Shown here: positions 27,917 to 41,829 of the stretch, piece by piece | How the letters are laid out: each line of letters starts with the position of its first letter | Numbering within the stretch: position 1 is the first letter of the stretch | Assembly (NCBI GenBank): GCA_028534125.1 | Contig: CM052817.1 | Location: forward strand, 77,440,001-77,504,000 | Length of the DNA: 64,000 bases | Direction of reading: 5' to 3' | Source: Lama glama | Taxonomy: Eukaryota | The notes under the pieces: generated by a model | What the model was told of the DNA's origin: nothing | Databases searched by the model: none | Seen by the model: the letters and a program-made list of their open reading frames with translations, nothing else | Position numbers and translations under genes: made by a program

Positions 27917-29202
27917 TTAACCTTCTACTACTTCTCCTTTACTTGAGAAAAATTTATTTTAATATATTTATTTTTTTCTTCTTGTAAAAGCAAATGGGAA
28001 CAACAGAGAGGGGGGAAATAAGTAGTTTCCTAATATTTCCAAAGTTTTTGCAAAGAGTAAAATAATATTGTTTGGTAGCCCCATATTATTATACATAATT
28101 ACTAGATATTGTTAATAAAGCATATAAGGGTGATGCAGTCTAACAGCATTCATCAGTGACAGTGACTGGATGAGAATGGGCTCCCAAGGGTAATCATAAT
28201 TTCAAAATAGCCCATAGTGTAATACAACTTTGCACTCACTCTTGTACTCATTCTGAGATATTTAAATACAATGCTATATTCAAATAACACTATATTAAAC
28301 CAACATAACATGTGAGGAAAAGTAAATTAGGGGCAAGGAGGTTTCCAGCTCTGCTTCGAACTATACAAGCATTTCACATAATTCTTTACCTTATAAAATA
28401 TCAGTAATTATTGTGGGTGTATTATATGTCCAGCACTATTAGTTTTTACAAATGCAAATCAATTATTGATCAAAATAAACAAGAAAGCATATATTAACTG
28501 AATATTAGTGAAACAAGCTTATTAGTCACTACATAGATGACAAAGTATAAAACTCACTTTACATCAGATCTATGTTTGAAGAAATTATGTTATAGGAATT
28601 ATAAAGATACACGGTTAACTTTCAGTAGCTATTCCAAAACTTTTAGTGGAATTTTTTGCTTCACAAACTGACTAAAACTTGAAACTATTTTCAGAGATCT
28701 TAAAAATCTTACAAATAGTCTCTTGCTTTGAGAGTTTAACATCTCTGTTAATAGACTTTCTTCACTTTAAGTCCAAGGGTAATAAAAATTCAAACAAACA
28801 GGATATAGTCTCAATGGTGCCAAAAAAAAGAAAACTGCTTTTCAAACAGCAACCTTTCACTGAATAAGTGGTAGGAGGTAGAAGATGGGTGATGAAATGG
28901 AAGAGAATATTTTCATTTATGGAGGAAAATAACCCACAAATTAGGAGGGAAAAACAAAACAGAACTGGATAAAAAGGAAAAAACTAATGCATTCAGTGCC
29001 AAACCCAAACATTGGATTTCAGTGGCACAAGAACATTTCTTTTTTCATTTAATTCAGAAAAAAAATAAATAAATGAATAAAGTTGATTTCTGGAATCAAA
29101 AATATAAGATTAATTGACCAAATTCAGCCTAAATCTAGAAATGTTCAACTCCAGCCTCTTGTATCCAATGGATAACTGTATATTTTTAAACTCTTAAAAA
29201 TA

Positions 29203-29362
29203 GATGTGCAGCCTGTGCAATTGCAGGGGGTCTCACACTTAAAAAGGCCATGGTTGGTTTTAATGCTTTGCCTTAATGTTTGAAATTCTTAACAATTTTT
29301 AAATAAGGGGCCCCAAGTTTTCATTTTGCACTGCGCCCTACAAAATTATGTAGCTGGTCCTA
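29203..29362 (+). mobile_element. MER91A-like hAT-Tip100 element
   Basis: cctgtgca...ttggttttaatgct...tgaaattcttaa...ggggcccc...tttcattttgcactg.gccc..aaattatgtagctggtcct. Confidence 0.75.
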
Positions 29363-29909
29363 ATCCCAGGCTCTAAGCTTTACCCTAAACTCCTCTGCAT
29401 TCAGGACATTTTTCCCTTGAAATAACTATCTTATTCTACAATGTGTTTTTTTTCTCTCCTCATGTTTCACTCTTTACTTGTCTGAGTTCATTGAAATTAA
29501 AATTTAATGCAATCTTTCCATCTTTGAATTCCTAAGATATAGCAGAATGTCTAGATGTAGTAAGCAATCAGTAATTTGTTGCATGAATAAATGAATGAAT
29601 CAACAAATGAACAAACTACTGCTTTACAATGTTAAGTTTCTAAAATGACAAAATATTGTCTTGGACATCTTAGCCATCCAAAAATAAGTTTACTTATAAA
29701 CTGAAGCAAATTTGAGTCATAAAGGCTCAATTCACTAAGTAAAGTGACAAAATGTGGGACATTAAATCAGTTACATCATGATATGACATCATGAATGTGA
29801 CTGGTCTGACATCATTTAGACACAGCCAAATGGCTGAGACTCCTAAACATACTGCTTTACTCAGAAAGTGATCACAGAAGGCCCAATACTCCTTAAGAAT
29901 TAGCCCGTG

Positions 29910-30330
29910 GGGTACAGTATAAGGTAACATAGAATAGCAGGTCTTCAGTGAGTCTGGAAGCCTGGGTTTAAATCCCGATTCTACGATTTACTAGGTCGGT
30001 GACTTTGGACAAGTCATTTAACTACTGAGCCTCAGTTTCATCTATTAAATGGGGATATAAAAAGAATCAACTCATAAAGTTGTGTCAGAATTTAATGATA
30101 CAATCATGTAAAGCTTTGATACTCAAAGTGTGGTCAGAACAGTTGTGCTGGCAATACCTGAGAACTGGTTAGAAATGCAGAATCTCAAGAAACATAGTAG
30201 ATCGACTGAATTAGCATCTGCACTTTAACAAGATCCCAAGGTGATTCTTATATCAACAGAGTTTGAGACGAACTTAAAACAGTGTAGGTGCATGGTACCC
30301 AGTCAATAAATACTAGCTTTCATTATTACC
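29910..30330 (+). mobile_element. MIR with nested MER5A (~30115-30272)
   Basis: The MIR core (cctgggtttaaatccc...gtgactttggacaagtcatttaac...ctgagcctcagttt) is broken by ctcaaagtgtggtc...gttagaaatgcagaatctc...ttaacaagatccc.aggtgattc...gtttgaga. Confidence 0.8.
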
Positions 30331-31395
30331 ATGCTTTCTGAAGTTTAATAATCATAATACACCTGACTGATAATCTGAATTCTTAAAGTGCTTTTCCAAA
30401 CCAATCTCTCTTAACTCCAGAGTAATGGTTTTAGGTCCTGGACGTGTAAGTCTATACTGATATGATGCTGAAATACTACATTAGACTGAGGTCACTACCC
30501 CAATCATGCTGTTACCCATATCTTCCACAACAATTTGGGAAAAATATTATAAGGTCAGGCATCTTGAGAATAGATGCAAAAAAAGCAAAACATACCATTC
30601 TTCAGAAGAGAGCAAAACAGTGGAAGACAAGAAAATTATGGGCCAATAAGACATGAGATTCTGTACTATATGACACAGTCACATCTGCTATAGCCATTGC
30701 TGAGGTCATCGATCCACTCTGTGGACATTCCCTTCTCTGAAGATTTTAAAATCTGGCTCACTGTCTTCTTCCCCAATATTATTTCGGTCATTGCTTTTTG
30801 GTGGTTTACCTATTCATCTAAGTGATCCACTGAACTCCTGGCCCTCTCAAGTTCTTGACTATCTCGCTTTTAAGGATTATTTTCTCAATCCCACCTCAGT
30901 CACTCTTGACTTAAAGTTTGTCATTTCCAGTACTCATATCACCTTCAAAATCAATCAGTGCTATGCTATAGGAACTTGGTTAAGAAAGACAGTGTGGGCT
31001 GGGATAGCAGGAAGGAAATTAGAACTTAAAGGCCACAGGACATACACAAGTGGAGAAGAGGCACAGAGGACATATCTTAAGCAAGTGCAACATTGTTATC
31101 AAAGGCACAAAGGCAAGAAATGTTTGTGATGACTCAGGGTACATGGAACAGATTAGTCCAAAACCAAGAGTGCATACAAAAGGACTTTACACCAATTTAT
31201 TGCCAAATATCTACTTTATCATAAAGGCACAGTCCTTGAATGGAAATGCTTGCCTCAAAGGTCAAAAATTGAAACCCTACTAAGAATATAACATAACAAC
31301 AGGCCCATAAGATCATGCATAAAATTGTTTTCTATTTTCTGGCAAATAAATCTGAATATTAATTAACGTACTTTTTTTCTTTTCATTTCTCACAG

Positions 31396-31639
31396 AGTTG
31401 CCACCCCATTTGGAGGTTTCAAAAAAGCATCAAAAATGGTTAAATTCAAGGTTCCAGATTTTGACCTACTACTTTTAACAGATCCCAGGTTCATGGCCTT
31501 TGCCAATCCTCTTTCTGGCAGACGGTCCTTTAATAGGACTCCCAAGGGATGGATATCTGAGAATATTCCTATAGTGATAACAACTGAACCTACAGAGGAT
31601 ACCAAGGATACCACCATACCAGAATCAGAAGACCTATGA
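31396..31639 (+). CDS. MYOZ2: Myozenin-2 coding exon 6 (terminal, TGA stop)
   Basis: Long polypyrimidine acceptor ...ttctcacag|A. Encodes (R)[80 protein letters not shown]. 244 nt; total CDS 804 nt = 267 aa. Confidence 0.98.
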
Positions 31640-33245
31640 AAAGAAAGTTGTATGTGCCACAAAAACCTCTGAACATAAATGTTGCTGTTTTACTATTCTG
31701 CTTACTGACAAAGCCATTTACACTCTTCATTAGTAGCAATAATTTAATAGCAATTTAGCAGTTTTCCTCTTATGGCATCTAATTTCAATCTCAGATCAAA
31801 TACTAATAAATAACTCATGATCTTATTTTACAAACTTTAAACTCAGTTGTCTTCATTCATAATCTTTTTTTCACCTCGTTTAAGTGATCCAGCCTTTTCA
31901 TTAGAAAATCTAGAAAAGTAACTGACAACAAAGGGTTTCATTTTTCTTGCCTTTAATATGAGCTATTACTCATGAAAATGTTTTTCAAATGAATCTAGAA
32001 TGAAAATATAGCACAAGATATTTAAATTAATTCAGAGTTTTATTTAAGGGATAAAAGCTATAGAAGCTGATATACAAACATTACTGATGCAGAAAAGGGT
32101 TGGATTCTACTTTTCTGACAAGCTTCAAACAAGCTTGTCTGGATGAAGTCTTTTCATTAGTCATTCTTAGAATTTCTAAAGTGCTTTGTATTTTTCAACG
32201 TGCTTTGAATCATTAGGTAATTATTCCAGATGACATCATTCTTCAGAGTTCAGTTGGGTTATTATTTTTTTAGTATTTAGTCAAGGAGACTGAGAGACAG
32301 TTACTCAAAGAACATCATACTGTTGCAGTTTTCATGACCAAGGGAGATGGAGCGGGAGAGGGAATTCAATTCCACCAATCCCAATGTTGTGCATTGATCA
32401 GTTCAACTTTACGCATTTTTTAAAGAGTAGTAACAAATAAAACACATGCTAATATACATACAAATACATGTATATGAGAGAGGGAAAAAGAGTGTGTATT
32501 TAGAACTGGCAGCTTTCTTCACTAAATCTTTGAATTCTACTCAAATCCTTAAGCACTAGGGAGTACATGTCATAAAACACACAGGAAAACAAGAAATGGA
32601 AGAACATAAAAGCATCTAGAAGTAAAATAGCATGCATCTATCATGAAATATATGAATATATTGGTATAAAAGACTCAAACTAATATAAAGTTATAGACAG
32701 ATCTTAAAACATGGGTGAGGAAGTATATGACATGGGACTGGTAAGAAATAAATCACAATTTAGTTAAAAGTTCTGTGATAGATGTTTATACCAGAGAAGA
32801 AATGTCTCATCTATACAAAGCTATTTGCTGGATTAAGTTTAGGAGATAGGAAGAAGAAAAGTACTTAATAGGGTAATGAAAATACCATGTAGCAACATCA
32901 CATAATTTACAGAAGAATCTGTATGTAATGTTGAAATTGGTGGTTGTTTTAATCAACTTCTAATCTTGAAAGTAGAGAAATTTTTTAAAACTTTGCTTAT
33001 GAAAATGCAATCCCGAGAAAGGAATAATATTAATGTATCATATTTATGTGTATTATCATTGTAGTGAGTTTGTATAATTCAAAATATACCCTTAAGGTAT
33101 CTTAGTTTTTTTATGTTTTGGTGTTTATCTGTTTAAAACAACGTTGGCAACTGTGATAAACTCCAGATATAAGGCTCCAATCATGCCATTTTTTTGTTCA
33201 TTTTAATCTTTTAAAAATAAAAATTAGTCATATTCTATTATGCAT
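31640..33245 (+). other. MYOZ2: MYOZ2 3' UTR
   Basis: Repeat-free AT-rich sequence after the stop codon, running to an AATAAA at 33216. The 3' end is inferred. Confidence 0.65.
33216..33221 (+). terminator. MYOZ2: Likely distal polyadenylation signal of MYOZ2
   Basis: AATAAA preceded by a U-rich tract and followed by a GT/T-rich element (atggtttagttcttt). It would give an mRNA of about 2.6 kb. Confidence 0.6.
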
Positions 33246-36227
33246 CTTGATGAAATGGTTTAGTTCTTTATTAGGAAGTTGAAATGAGTTACTATTTTTC
33301 ATTAAATTGAAACTACACATTATTTAGCTATCTCTGAAGAGTTAAATTCTATGTTCAATGTCACCACTCTGTCAACTACCAAAAGGGGTTAGCAATTAAA
33401 TAGCTATGAAACAGTATTCTCCAGTATCATAAAGGAGAACTTAAAAGGGGGGAAATCCTAAGTATTTTTTTAACTGGGTAAAAAAATGAAGGAATAACCC
33501 TCTGTTCACTATCGTATTTCTTCCTTTCCTGGAAATGTCTATTAATTCTAGCTCAGCTGTCTGACACCTTTAGAAGTGCCAACATTTCACACTCTGGTTA
33601 CTACACAATTAGAATTTGAAAGGAATTTGAATAGGTTTTCCACTGACCTGAAAAGCAACTAAATCTTTCAAAGTCTGAAGAAATATGATAGCCTTTTTAG
33701 GACAGCAGAAAGACTGTGGCATTTTTTCCCAACCACATTTGTATACAAGAAAAATGAAATGCAGGAGAAAGAAAATTTCTTTTAGAAAAAATAAATGAAT
33801 GAAAATAACATTTGTTGATGGACTACTAAGTATCAAGCACTATATTCACTGCTTTATAAAGGCTATTTAATGTATGTCTTTAATATTACTTTATTTTCAT
33901 GATTATCCTGTGAGAAAGGTATTATAAATAAACTCTATTTTATAATAAAAAATTGAGCCTCAGAAAACTAAGATTATTACATTAATTCTAGCTCAAAAGT
34001 GGAAGAATTTGGTGAGTCGAAAATATATGCTCTAAGAACTCATGGTTCATAACTTCTCTCTCAAAATAATTTCAGCCTTAAACTATTTTATTATGTCTAG
34101 ACAAGAATAATAAAAAAAAAATCTCCATTATCTTAATTTTGAGAAAATACAGCTATAAATTCAGTAATTTTAGAGTCACCCTACAAAGTCATTCAGGCAC
34201 TCATAACTATAAAAAGATGAATTTTCAGACTGTTGAAACAAGCAATATGCATGTTTAATTATGAAATTAGAGAAACACAAAAGCATACTCTGATTAAACC
34301 TGCTTGTTTTTGCTCAGCATTGGGCACGTTTCTGATTCATGTAAACTTTTTTTTTTCCTTTCCCCCATAAGGGCAAAGAAAAAGGAAAGAAGAGGAAATA
34401 AAGAGGAAACAAATGCATGACACTAATAACCATAAGGCTGAGCAAAATCATGTGGTGTGATAACACATCAAAAACATTCCTTTAAATAAAAATATTTTCT
34501 ACTTTTCAAAACTTTAACAGAAACTCAATTTCCATTATACTGTTCAACAGACTTTCAGGCCATGAAATTATACCTCCTATTTTATTTAGCCAATTTCTTG
34601 ATGATCAGCTGGCTAATTGTTCTCTAGATAATAACTAGAGCTACATTAACAAGAGCTGTGGTTAGAAACATTCTTGGCTTTTAACTCTGCATTCTCTTCA
34701 ATCATTTCTCAAGGCTAGTATTTTCCATTTCTTAACTCAATATTTGAAAGGACTTGATAATTTAAAGTAACTGATTATTGGTTATTACAAAATCAAGGCA
34801 AATGCAGACAAAATTTTTAGTGAAGATGACCATTTATTGCATCCACTTAAAATTTTATGTTTTCTAAATGGACCCATTTACAAATGTTTTAGCAGCTTGG
34901 AAATGGAGGGAGCTAATTATTCTAACAAAGGCTAATGTGGAGCAAAATGTCCAGTCGTGAGTGTGAAAAGAACATCCTGAACTTTCCAACTCAGGGCACA
35001 GCCGTACCAGCAGACTTATTAATTCTGGAATTTCCTCACTCTGCTGCTTATACAAGATAAAACTTACATGACATCATTGCAGTTTCTCAGCCACAACTGC
35101 TTTTTATTAAGCTTAGGAAAGTATTGCTTTGAATGCCCCTTTTCTTATGAAAAATACTTTCGACCTCCACACGCTCTATTCTGTAGGAAGAAGGGCAGTT
35201 CACTTTCTATGAAAGGTGGAAGAGTGCCAGGCTTTTGCCAAAAGAACAAGCAAAGGGAGTCTTTTCCAAACTAACCCATCAAAGCACTTTATAAACATAT
35301 CAAACAATTTTTAGAAAATAATCATGTTTAAAAAAGTTAAACTTTTCAGAACTAAGAAAAATGTAAGTAAAATTGTATAAGGATTCAATGGCTTAAGCTG
35401 ATATATTATTAGATAAATAAAAGGATGTGTCCCCTATTTGAATTCCTTTAATAAAAGAACTAGATTCCAACCCAGGATATAAACTTTCCCTGGCTTCTCA
35501 ATATAATGTGATTTCAACAGGAAGATTTGGTATGTAGGAGCAAAGAGGAGGAAAAAAAGCTATTTCTAAGAGGTTACAGTTCAGATCCCAAAAGAATGTA
35601 CTTATTATTCTGTATTGTGTAATATTTTGAAACATATTTCAGTGACAACTTAAATAGTATAGGAGATGAAGATGTTGCAGGAAACAGAACTGGAAAAGGT
35701 CAGAAGGAAAAAAGATAAATTCAATATCATATCCTATTTTAAAACTGCTGATGGAAGAATTGGTATAGATGCTGCAGCACTATCAAAATAAATCTAAAAG
35801 AACAGGGGGATAAAAGGAATGCCAGAATGAAGCAGGCTGAGAGGAAATAACTGTGTTATTCTATGGTTTCTGGAGCCTTTTCCTCACCCCTTTGAAGTAG
35901 TTTTTTTCTACATATACACAATTGTCTGACATGAATTGTCACCCAAATAGGCACTCTCACTACATTTTCTTTCTCACCACTAACATACAAACTGCATATA
36001 AAAGCAGTTGTATTTAAAAGTGTCAGCTATCTGATCTACCACAAATCAGTGCTATAAATCTCAAGCAATTTATTTTGCCCTGGAAATTAGAGTTCCCACA
36101 AATGTGTGAGGTTCAAAGGCCACCTTTGCCTGAGACCTTACTTGACCTCCCCTACTTAAGAGAGCACACTTACAACACCTAACTGTGCTTGTATTTTTCT
36201 TTATAGCCCTATTATTCCCTAACAAAA

Positions 36228-36632
36228 TGTGTTAGTCTGGGTTCTCTGAGAAGCAGATGCGAAGATGGAGTTACACCTGCAAAAATTTTATTAGGAAAAT
36301 TGTCCATGTGAGAGAAAATGGGGAGGGTCAAAGAAAGGCTGGGAGAGACCCAAAGGACCCCAGATTGAAGTGCATGGACGTGTTCTAGACTGCTGGTAGG
36401 GAAGATCTGGTAAGGCTGTTGAGAGATCCTTGAGCCAAAGTCACCTGCAGGAGAGGTCCTGTGTTTCCCAGAAACAGGTCTGCCTTAGGGTCACTGTCAT
36501 GGTCAGTCACAAGCTGGGAGCAGACTGTGAAAGGCAGACTCAACAAGAAGGCAGGGAAGGAGGTCCATGTGAGCAGAACCGGGGCCCTCTGTCAACTATG
36601 TTGCTGGAGATCTGCAAGATGTGACCACCACA
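36228..36632 (-). mobile_element. ERVL solo LTR (LTR16/LTR33-like) within L2 sequence
   Basis: gtctgggttctctgagaagcagatgc.aagatgga...ttttattagg terminus, flanked by L2 3'-end sequence (36100-36225, 36640-36785). Confidence 0.65.
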
Positions 36633-37891
36633 CATGATAAAAGTACGTATTTCTTTATTGTTTATCTCATCCACCAGAATGAACACTCTTTGAGAGTAAA
36701 GAGTTTGTCTTTTTTATTAACTGCTATATCCTCTGTGCTTGGTACATAGTGAAGAATAAAACTTTGTTAAATAAATAAATGTATCCTAATTATGGGGATA
36801 GTACTAGTATCTATCTTAAAAATAATCATTATAAAGTATATTACCCAATACATGGTAAACGCTTGATAAGTATTAGCTATTGTTGATAACAAAATAAAAA
36901 TTACCAAAAAAATCACACAGTAAGAAAGCAGAGGCATTTAGAACTAAGTTAGACTAGAGGTTATACTGGAACAGCTTTGGGATAGACATATTTGGCCCTG
37001 ATTTGGAATATATGTTAAAGCAATGAGCATATTAAATATATACATAATCAGAAAGATTAAAGTGGCCTTACTACTTTTAGGATAAGCATTAGTGTTAGCT
37101 CTATTCTCCAGACTCAAAATTGCAATAAATGGAGATTTTCAAGGATCTTGCTAAAATAGTACTATTTCTTGTGAGCATTCATGTATTTTGGAGGTCACTT
37201 GAGAATTTAAAAAAAAAATCAGTATGGTGAATACTATCCTTGATCAGTATATCCTACCTCTTCAGAAAATACATTACACAACCAGAAAGGAGTTCCCATA
37301 GGACTGATTGCTACATAAACTTTCATTTCTTTTTTTAAATTTATTTAACTAAAATGGATTTTCATTTAAGTATCTGTTTAGAATGTTTCAAATCAAGAAT
37401 ATGTTACCCTTGAATTTCAATGCTTTGGCACAATCATCTCTAGAGAGTTCATGAACAAAAATAATCATCCAAAGTCCCCTTCTCTGAGAGGCTTGTGTAA
37501 AGAAGTTAGGCATCTGGTAGTCATAAATAGGGAAAGGAGGTGATTACTCTGTGAGCTGATGCTAACAATAATGGGAAATTCACCTAAATATAGTCAACCT
37601 GAAATAACTTTTTCTTCTTTCCATCTTATCTTGAAAAAGCAGGCTTGAATATTTCCCAAGCTCAGTTTTAAACTTAGTTCCTAATTATCTATTTTACCTT
37701 ACTTCTACCTATGTGAAAAATTGGAGCTAATGAAAATTCTACAACATAGCTGATTTGTCTCAGGGTACAGGCTTCCTGGGCAAGACTGTCTTCTAAGCCA
37801 TATACCACTCTAGGCTCAGTTCTTATTTTGGAACATAAAGTCAAATGCAAACATGGATCATGTTTATTCAAGAAACATTCTTTACTTCTGA

Positions 37892-38139
37892 TAGGGATAC
37901 ATTTGGGAGTTTGAGATTTGCAAATGTTAGCCACTATATATAAAAGTAGATTAAAACGTTCAAATTTCTCTTGTATAGCACAGGGAACTATATTCAATAT
38001 CTTGTAATAACCTTTAATGAAAAAGAATATGAAAATGAATATATGGGTATATATGCATAACTGGGACATTGTGCTGTATGCCAGAAATTGACATATTGTA
38101 ACTGACTGTACCTCAATTAAAAACAAAAAAAAAAATAAA
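37892..38139 (+). mobile_element. 5'-truncated lineage-specific L1 3' end with A-tail
   Basis: gggagtttgagatttgcaaatg...tatagcacagggaactatattcaatatcttg...ccagaaattgac followed by an A-rich tail. Confidence 0.9.
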
Positions 38140-38227
38140 GAGATGTGGACATAGTTTATGATTAATTACAAGAAGCTTCCTCACAAACTCATCAAAATCT
38201 ATTAAAAACACATTTAACTTATCTTAA

Positions 38228-38603
38228 TGCTATAGATTGAATGTGCATGGCCCCCCTAAAATCAGTATGTTGAAATCCTAATCCCTATTCGATAGTATTA
38301 GGAGGTGGGTCCTTTAGGAGGTGATTAAGTGATGAGAGTGTAGTCCTCATGAAAGGGATTAGTGTCTTTACAGAAGAGACTCCACAAAGTTCCCTTGCCC
38401 CTTTCCCCATGTAAGTACACAGAGAGACAAGAGCCATCTATGCCATCTATGAATCAGGAAGTGGGCTCTCGCCAGACACCAAATTTGTCAGTGCCTTGCT
38501 CTTAGTCTTCCTAGCTTCCAGAACTGTGGGAAATAAATTTCTGTTGTCTATAAGTCACCCAGTCTATAATATTCTGTTATAGTAATCTGAATAGACTAAG
38601 ACA
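38228..38603 (+). mobile_element. MLT1A/B-like MaLR solo LTR
   Basis: TG...CA termini; tgctatagattgaatgt...gttgaaatccta...gaaataaatttctgttg...gactaagaca. Confidence 0.88.
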
Positions 38604-40378
38604 CATAGCAACACAGAAAAATTATCATGCTTTCAGATGCAAATACATACAAGTGTATCAATTATGGTTAATGATAATAATTATTAGACTGTATTAGACT
38701 ATGCCATTTGTACAATTCTATACCCTGATGTTTAAGTGTCCTCTTGTTAGCATATGAAGAGGATATTAATATTTTAGATATAATAGTATGAATAAGCAGA
38801 GAGTTATTATTTTGACAAAAATAAACCACAAGTACTATATGAATAGCATAAAGAAACACTCCCCTGGGTTTGAATAAACAATGATTTGCTTAGAATCAAA
38901 GCAGTTTAGAATTAGATATTATCTTGAAATAGGCTAGATCAATTCCTTCATTTATAAAATAGAAACTTAGATCAGAGAAGTTAAGAAACTAGCCCAATCT
39001 CACATTGCACATCTAAAATCGGAATCAAAGAGTCCTGCTTCTGATCTAACATTCCTTCCACTATCTTATTCTCTCTCCTATCTCAGTTGAGAACAAAACC
39101 ATCCACATGGGCACCATCCACACACCTTCTGGTGACATTACACACTCTACACAATTTCACATGTACCTATATCTATATAAATATAACCTTATATAATTGG
39201 TATATCCCTCTTTTAAGCCATGGAAAAATGTAACTGAATTGGGATAATGTTAGTAATACATGGAGCCAGAGAGTAAAGGTTTTTTTTTTTACTTACAATG
39301 TTAGTAACTTTTCCTTTTGTCAGCAAAAAAAAAGTTAATGTGACAATATCAAACCAAAATGAATATTCTTTTCTAATCAAAAGGGAGTATATTTTCAAAC
39401 TGTACTAAAGAAAAGAGTAAACATTGCTCCTTCCACTAAAAACTTCTTGGTCCATGTCTTTCAAACTATAGTTGTACTTTGCTAGGTGGTGTAAAAATTA
39501 ATTTAGATGGTTATGATCAGCAGCTTTTCAAATGGAATAGAACAGAATACATGAAAAGAAAAATCAGAGCATATCACTCACAGAAATACTATTATTTCAG
39601 GAAACTACTGATTTTGTTTTATTTTTGTTCGTGTGAACTGGATCTCAATATAAAAATATTGCTTACTCTAGTTGCAGTCTGAAATGTTTAAAAGCTACGG
39701 TTCTACCTACTACTAAATGCTGTTTAAAGTTTAAATGTCACTACTGTTTTTAGTAACTGAAATGGCTTTTCTTCATCACATAAAAACTATTATAACTAAT
39801 TTGATGAAGAGAATTCTTCAGAACTAAAAGAATTTGAAACAGTAGCAGAACTAAACTTGCAGAAAGCAATTTAATCAGAAAACCTTGATTTAAAAATATA
39901 CAAAAAGGTATTAACTCACATTCCAGGGATATTACTTGCTAAGAGTTTGTTTTTCTTCCAGCACAATTTCAGTTTTAGGGCTTGTTTTAAAGATAAGAGA
40001 ATGAAAGATTCAAGAGTACTAACAGTTAAGAAATAAAGAAAATAAGTACTCTAAAATTTCTGCCTTTACCTGTAATTCTTTGAATTATTTCTATCACTGC
40101 ATATTTTCCAACAATTTTATTACTTTATTAAAAAATAAGCCTTATTTCCCTTTTTTCTTTTGACTATGAAGTGAATTTCAACAAGGAAGTTCAACTTGAA
40201 AACACTGGTACCCGGAATATTTTTGTCATCTTTACAAAGAAAAGTGCTCTCCAGGGCAACTTCCTTTGGGTTCATTGCTTAAGCCAATACTCTATGAGCA
40301 AAAGACTCAGTGTTATTTTACTATTGTATTCCTAAAAGAACTATTTAAAAACAAGTCAGTCCAAGATGTATAGATAGT

Positions 40379-40416
40379 TGTGTGTGTGTGTGTGTGTGTG
40401 TGTGTTTGTGTGTGTG
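40379..40416. repeat. (TG)n microsatellite
   Basis: Directly visible, with one interruption. Confidence 0.97.
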
Positions 40417-41639
40417 CACGAGTATGCACATGTCATAAAGACTTACATTTCTTAGATTCTTAAAGGGTGGGAAAATAAGTTTGGTAAATTTCCAAACACC
40501 ATAGTATTTTTCATAAAGTCAGAGTAGTGCTCTTGACTTCTTCCTTATGTCTTTCAGAAGGGCACAAAGGTGTCAAGCACGTTTATCAGCAGTATTTCAA
40601 TACAGAAGAAATTTGACTGCACTTTAAGAAACAAACAGTGCTATCTTCTACAAAACTTTAGAATAATTCAGGAAAAAATATTCCACAACAGGCAAATTCC
40701 ATGTGATTAGGAATTGGATTTTAGTCCTGGTTCTATTAGTGTCTAGCATAAGCTTTGATAATTTTACTTCCCTGAGCTTAAGTGTCTTCACCTGAATATT
40801 GAGGAATTTTAGCAAACTAATCTCTGAGATCTTTTCTATCTCTAAGATTCTAAAGAACTGTATAATAAAACATTATAAAACTTGTTTTAGAAAAAATTTA
40901 AAGAGAAATTGTATTTATGCACAAAAATCCTAGTGAATGAATTTCAATCAAAACCTAGATGTTTTCAACCTTTACTTCTAGATGTATTAGTATGGTACAT
41001 ATTGCCTTCCTCATTTCTACTTGCTTTACTGTATTTCCATGGCAGTAGCCAGACATTAGACTTAACTGTAGGTTCTTTAACTTAGTAATTCAGTTTATGT
41101 TTATTGAGTGTCTCCTTTATGCCAGACACTGTGCTAGGTATCTCACTTTCATTGTCTCTAAAATAAGGATATTAATAATATCTAAATATTAATATTTTAG
41201 AGTTGTTGGGAAAGTTTAATAAAGTAATTTGCATACAGCACTTACTTCTTGACATATTTTGGAATTAAATAACAACTGGGAAAAGATCCTTTCATTTCAC
41301 ACCTTTAGTAGTTAGAAGCATGGGGTCTAATACCTTCCTTTATGGATTAAGAAAGGTTAAAAGAGGTAAACTGACTTGCCTACATTGATACAGCCTGACA
41401 GCAAGAGAGTTCCATACTTACTTGAGAGCAGGAGAGTTTCATAATTCTCTATCCATTCTTTCCATCATATCATGATGTTTCTGAACACAAGCAACTGTAC
41501 CATCTGTTTCTTTCATTCTTTCTCTCAGATTACAAAACATTGCCAGAAAAAAAAATTGCGCAAATAAATGCCCACAGGGGTGGCAATCCTACTAATCTTG
41601 TAAACACGAATCCAGTTAGGGATTAGCTAGGACACCCTG

Positions 41640-41780
41640 CTACAAACAGATGAGGAAATTTGGGTTTTAGAGTAGTTAATAATTGCTTAAGGTCACACAA
41701 ACAATAAATGGTAATGTAAGGATTTGAACCTAGGTCTGCCCAGGTCCAAAGGCCATGCTCTTCTATGATACCATGTTGTC
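41640..41780 (-). mobile_element. MIR SINE
   Basis: acagatgaggaaa...aaggtcacaca...ggatttgaacctaggtctg. Confidence 0.75.
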
Positions 41781-41829
41781 ATTAAAAATGGTCTCTACCT
41801 GGCTTTCTAAACAATTTTAATGCTGTCAA

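Noticed and set aside
31390..31662. 90-aa minus-strand ORF
   Set aside because: It is the antisense shadow of MYOZ2 exon 6, with no independent support.
37689..38126. 145-aa minus-strand ORF
   Set aside because: It begins in the antisense of an L1 3'UTR and is a chance ORF.
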